Under the pieces are notes generated by a model. It searched no databases. It saw nothing but the letters and a program-made list of their open reading frames with translations, and was not told the DNA's origin. A stretch of DNA of 24,000 nt from Promethearchaeota archaeon (GTDB lineage: Archaea; Asgardarchaeota; Lokiarchaeia; Sigyniarchaeales; SOKP01), in NCBI GenBank assembly GCA_030606485.1, contig JAUWGH010000002.1, positions 385,767 through 409,766 on the forward strand. Direction: 5' to 3'. The position numbers were made by a program, and so were the translations under genes. This document shows, piece by piece, positions 22,126 to 24,000 of the stretch (its first letter is position 1; every line of letters starts with the position of its first letter).

Positions 22126-23775
22126 ATGATAAAAGGGAAAAATTATCTAATAATTATAAGTGGAATTCTCTTACTAACTCTGATATTGGCTTTTCAATTT
22201 TCTTTATTTGGCTATGAATTTTCATGGAATGAATATTATAATGATAAAAATAATCTGTTCCTTTCTCAATCTACAGATCATCAATATCTTTTGGAGTGGA
22301 ATAAAATATGGAATGAATATGACGTAAGCGAAGTAAGTGGGATAGGAGTTGATTCTTCTGATAATGTATTTATTGTGGGAAGTATAAAAAGTCTTGATAC
22401 GGGAAAAGATGATGTATTTCTTCTGAAATATAATAAAACTGGAGATCTACTGTGGAATAAGATATGGGGCGGACCTAACTATGATAATGCATATGGTTTA
22501 GTAATTGATTCTTCTGATAATATATATATCGTAGGAAGTACAGGTAATGATACTGGAGAATATGTTGGTTTTGAACTTGACAAACTTAAAAACTTAGATA
22601 TAATTCTTATAAAATATAACAATTTGGGAGTCGAACAGTGGCATAAGACTTGGGGGGGAAGTTTTGATGAGGTAGGTCGAGCCATAGCATTGGATTTGGA
22701 AAATAATATTTATATTGTGGGAGACTCAAATAGAATTGATGAGGATCATCCTCCAAACTTGGATATTGATGTTATTCTTGTGAAATTTGATTGTTTAGGC
22801 AATTATCAATGGGATAAAATATTATATGACCTTAGAGGTATGGGTTGGGAACATGGTCGTGGAGTAGAAATTGATTCTTCTAACAATATTTATATTGCGG
22901 GATATATGCATTGGGAGGAGATGATGCTGTGGAAATACACTAGTTCCGGAATCCAAGAGTGGAATACAATACGGGATATGAGGATTATGGATATAGGGGG
23001 AATAGCAGTCGATTCTTCTGATAATATTTATATTATAGGAACAACTGGCTTTCATTCTTTAGGAACAACTATTTTTCTTTCGAAGTATAATTGTTCAGGA
23101 AAACAGAAATGGTATAAAGCATGGATGAATGTATCTTACCCAGCTCAAGATCACGGTACGGGAATAGCAATTGATTCAGTGGATAATGTCTATGCTATAG
23201 GAACTGCTTTACTAAAATATAATTCCAATGGCGCCCTACTATTATTAACTACAGAAATAACTGGTAAGAAAATTGGTATAGATTCAGAAGATAATTTATT
23301 TATTACTGGCGCGTCAGGCAGTGATGTATTTCTTAGAAAATACAATATTGATTCGGATGGTGATGGATTATCGGATAGGGAAGAGGAAAACATTTATTTT
23401 ACAGATCCTTATGATTCAGATTCTGATGACGATGGGTTAACAGATGGCGCAGAAATTAACAATTATTCGACAGATCCGAACGATTCTGATTCTGATGACG
23501 ACGGGTTAACCGACGATGAAGAAGTGAATAGTTATTTGACAGATCCAAATAATTCAGATACTGATGGTGATGGATTTAAGGATGGAGAAGAGGTATTTAG
23601 AGGTTTTGATCCTAATAATGCATTGAATAATCTTTTGATGGGTAATATAGGAATAATTATAATACTTTTGACAGTTTTCGGATTAATTACAATCTTTATA
23701 ATTTATCCTCGTATAAAGGTGAAAAGAAAAGTAGAAGATTTAGAAAGCGAATTATCGAAACAGACATCAATTTGA
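22126..23775 (+). CDS. Cell-surface protein: N-terminal signal/TM, ~7 SBBP beta-propeller repeats, 4 thrombospondin-type-3-like Ca-binding repeats, C-terminal TM anchor
   Basis: Seven repeats of G(I/V)x(I/V)DSSDN(I/V)YI(V/I)G...KY(N)..G...W. Four D-rich repeats (DSDGDGLSDREE, DSDSDDDGLTDGAE, DSDSDDDGLTDDEE, DSDTDGDGFKDGEE). C-terminal IGIIIILLTVFGLITIFIIYPRIKVKRK. Confidence 0.8.
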   Translation: MIKGKNYLIIISGILLLTLILAFQFSLFGYEFSWNEYYNDKNNLFLSQSTDHQYLLEWNKIWNEYDVSEVSGIGVDSSDNVFIVGSIKSLDTGKDDVFLLKYNKTGDLLWNKIWGGPNYDNAYGLVIDSSDNIYIVGSTGNDTGEYVGFELDKLKNLDIILIKYNNLGVEQWHKTWGGSFDEVGRAIALDLENNIYIVGDSNRIDEDHPPNLDIDVILVKFDCLGNYQWDKILYDLRGMGWEHGRGVEIDSSNNIYIAGYMHWEEMMLWKYTSSGIQEWNTIRDMRIMDIGGIAVDSSDNIYIIGTTGFHSLGTTIFLSKYNCSGKQKWYKAWMNVSYPAQDHGTGIAIDSVDNVYAIGTALLKYNSNGALLLLTTEITGKKIGIDSEDNLFITGASGSDVFLRKYNIDSDGDGLSDREEENIYFTDPYDSDSDDDGLTDGAEINNYSTDPNDSDSDDDGLTDDEEVNSYLTDPNNSDTDGDGFKDGEEVFRGFDPNNALNNLLMGNIGIIIILLTVFGLITIFIIYPRIKVKRKVEDLESELSKQTSI

Positions 23776-23798
23776 GCCCCTTTTGGAACATAATGACT

Positions 23799-23984
23799 TT
23801 ATTCGAGTATAGATTCTTTTACCAATTCATGATGGCAAACAGTTATAGAAGTCGTTTTGCTCTTTAAATCCAAATTATCCTTTACAGATACCCAACTTGA
23901 GAGTATAACTAAATTATTACCGGACCCTTCAATTTTTGTTTTTTCTCCAATTGAACAATAATCTGCAATAATTGTATTATTCAT
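23799..23984 (-). CDS. Small hypothetical protein (61 aa), paralog of 21871-22047
   Basis: ORF track with an ATG start; paralogy to the ORF on the other side of the surface-protein gene. Confidence 0.4.
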   Translation of the reverse strand: MNNTIIADYCSIGEKTKIEGSGNNLVILSSWVSVKDNLDLKSKTTSITVCHHELVKESILE

Positions 23985-24000
23985 TTTAACTCCCTTAGAA

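Noticed and set aside
2086-23393. Track ORFs antisense to or overlapping stronger genes: 2086-2277, 5118-5474, 6402-6614, 6654-6893, 9934-10140, 11699-11881, 12679-12870, 13785-13997, 14124-14501, 14471-14656, 15622-15876, 16686-16868, 17052-17384, 22479-22685, 22822-23055, 23190-23393
   Set aside because: Each lies opposite or inside a gene with clear family motifs, or in AT-rich spacer. Their compositions are low-complexity (S/F/I/L-rich) and they carry no recognisable motifs, so they are shadow ORFs.

Overview
AT-rich window (roughly 30% GC by eye, not computed) with archaeal gene content, most consistent with an Asgard (Lokiarchaeia-like) chromosome. It falls into three blocks. (1) 944-9062 is an ~8.1-kb integrated element in the 3' end of an intron-containing tRNA-Gly(GCC), bounded by an exact 14-bp att duplication. 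It carries a tyrosine integrase with an in-frame stop, a ParB-N/coiled-coil protein translationally coupled to an unknown 262-aa protein, and two tandem paralogous HEPN (Rx4H) proteins. It also holds a PIN/DUF4411 gene remnant, an RHH protein abutting attR, small membrane proteins and several GC-rich repeat motifs. (2) 9180-12082 holds a PfkB sugar kinase and a 1.57-kb three-gene cassette (DedA fragment, wHTH, SagB-type nitroreductase) bracketed by 166-bp direct repeats with about 5 mismatches. (3) 12039-16851 is a eukaryote-like ESCRT locus: a multi-CxxC zinc protein, ESCRT-III, Vps4, a Vps25-like protein and an EAP30 (Vps22/36-like) protein. It is followed by a Nip7-like/NOP2-Sun pair, CYTH, HD and HypC proteins, and a beta-propeller/Ca-binding surface protein. 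The ESCRT set itself is known from the Asgard literature. The less-described items are the integrated element and its att architecture, the zinc protein apparently co-transcribed with ESCRT-III, the palindromic and iterated motifs in the element, and the 166-bp repeat rearrangement. All calls come from reading the sequence and from remembered family motifs; no searches or computations were run.
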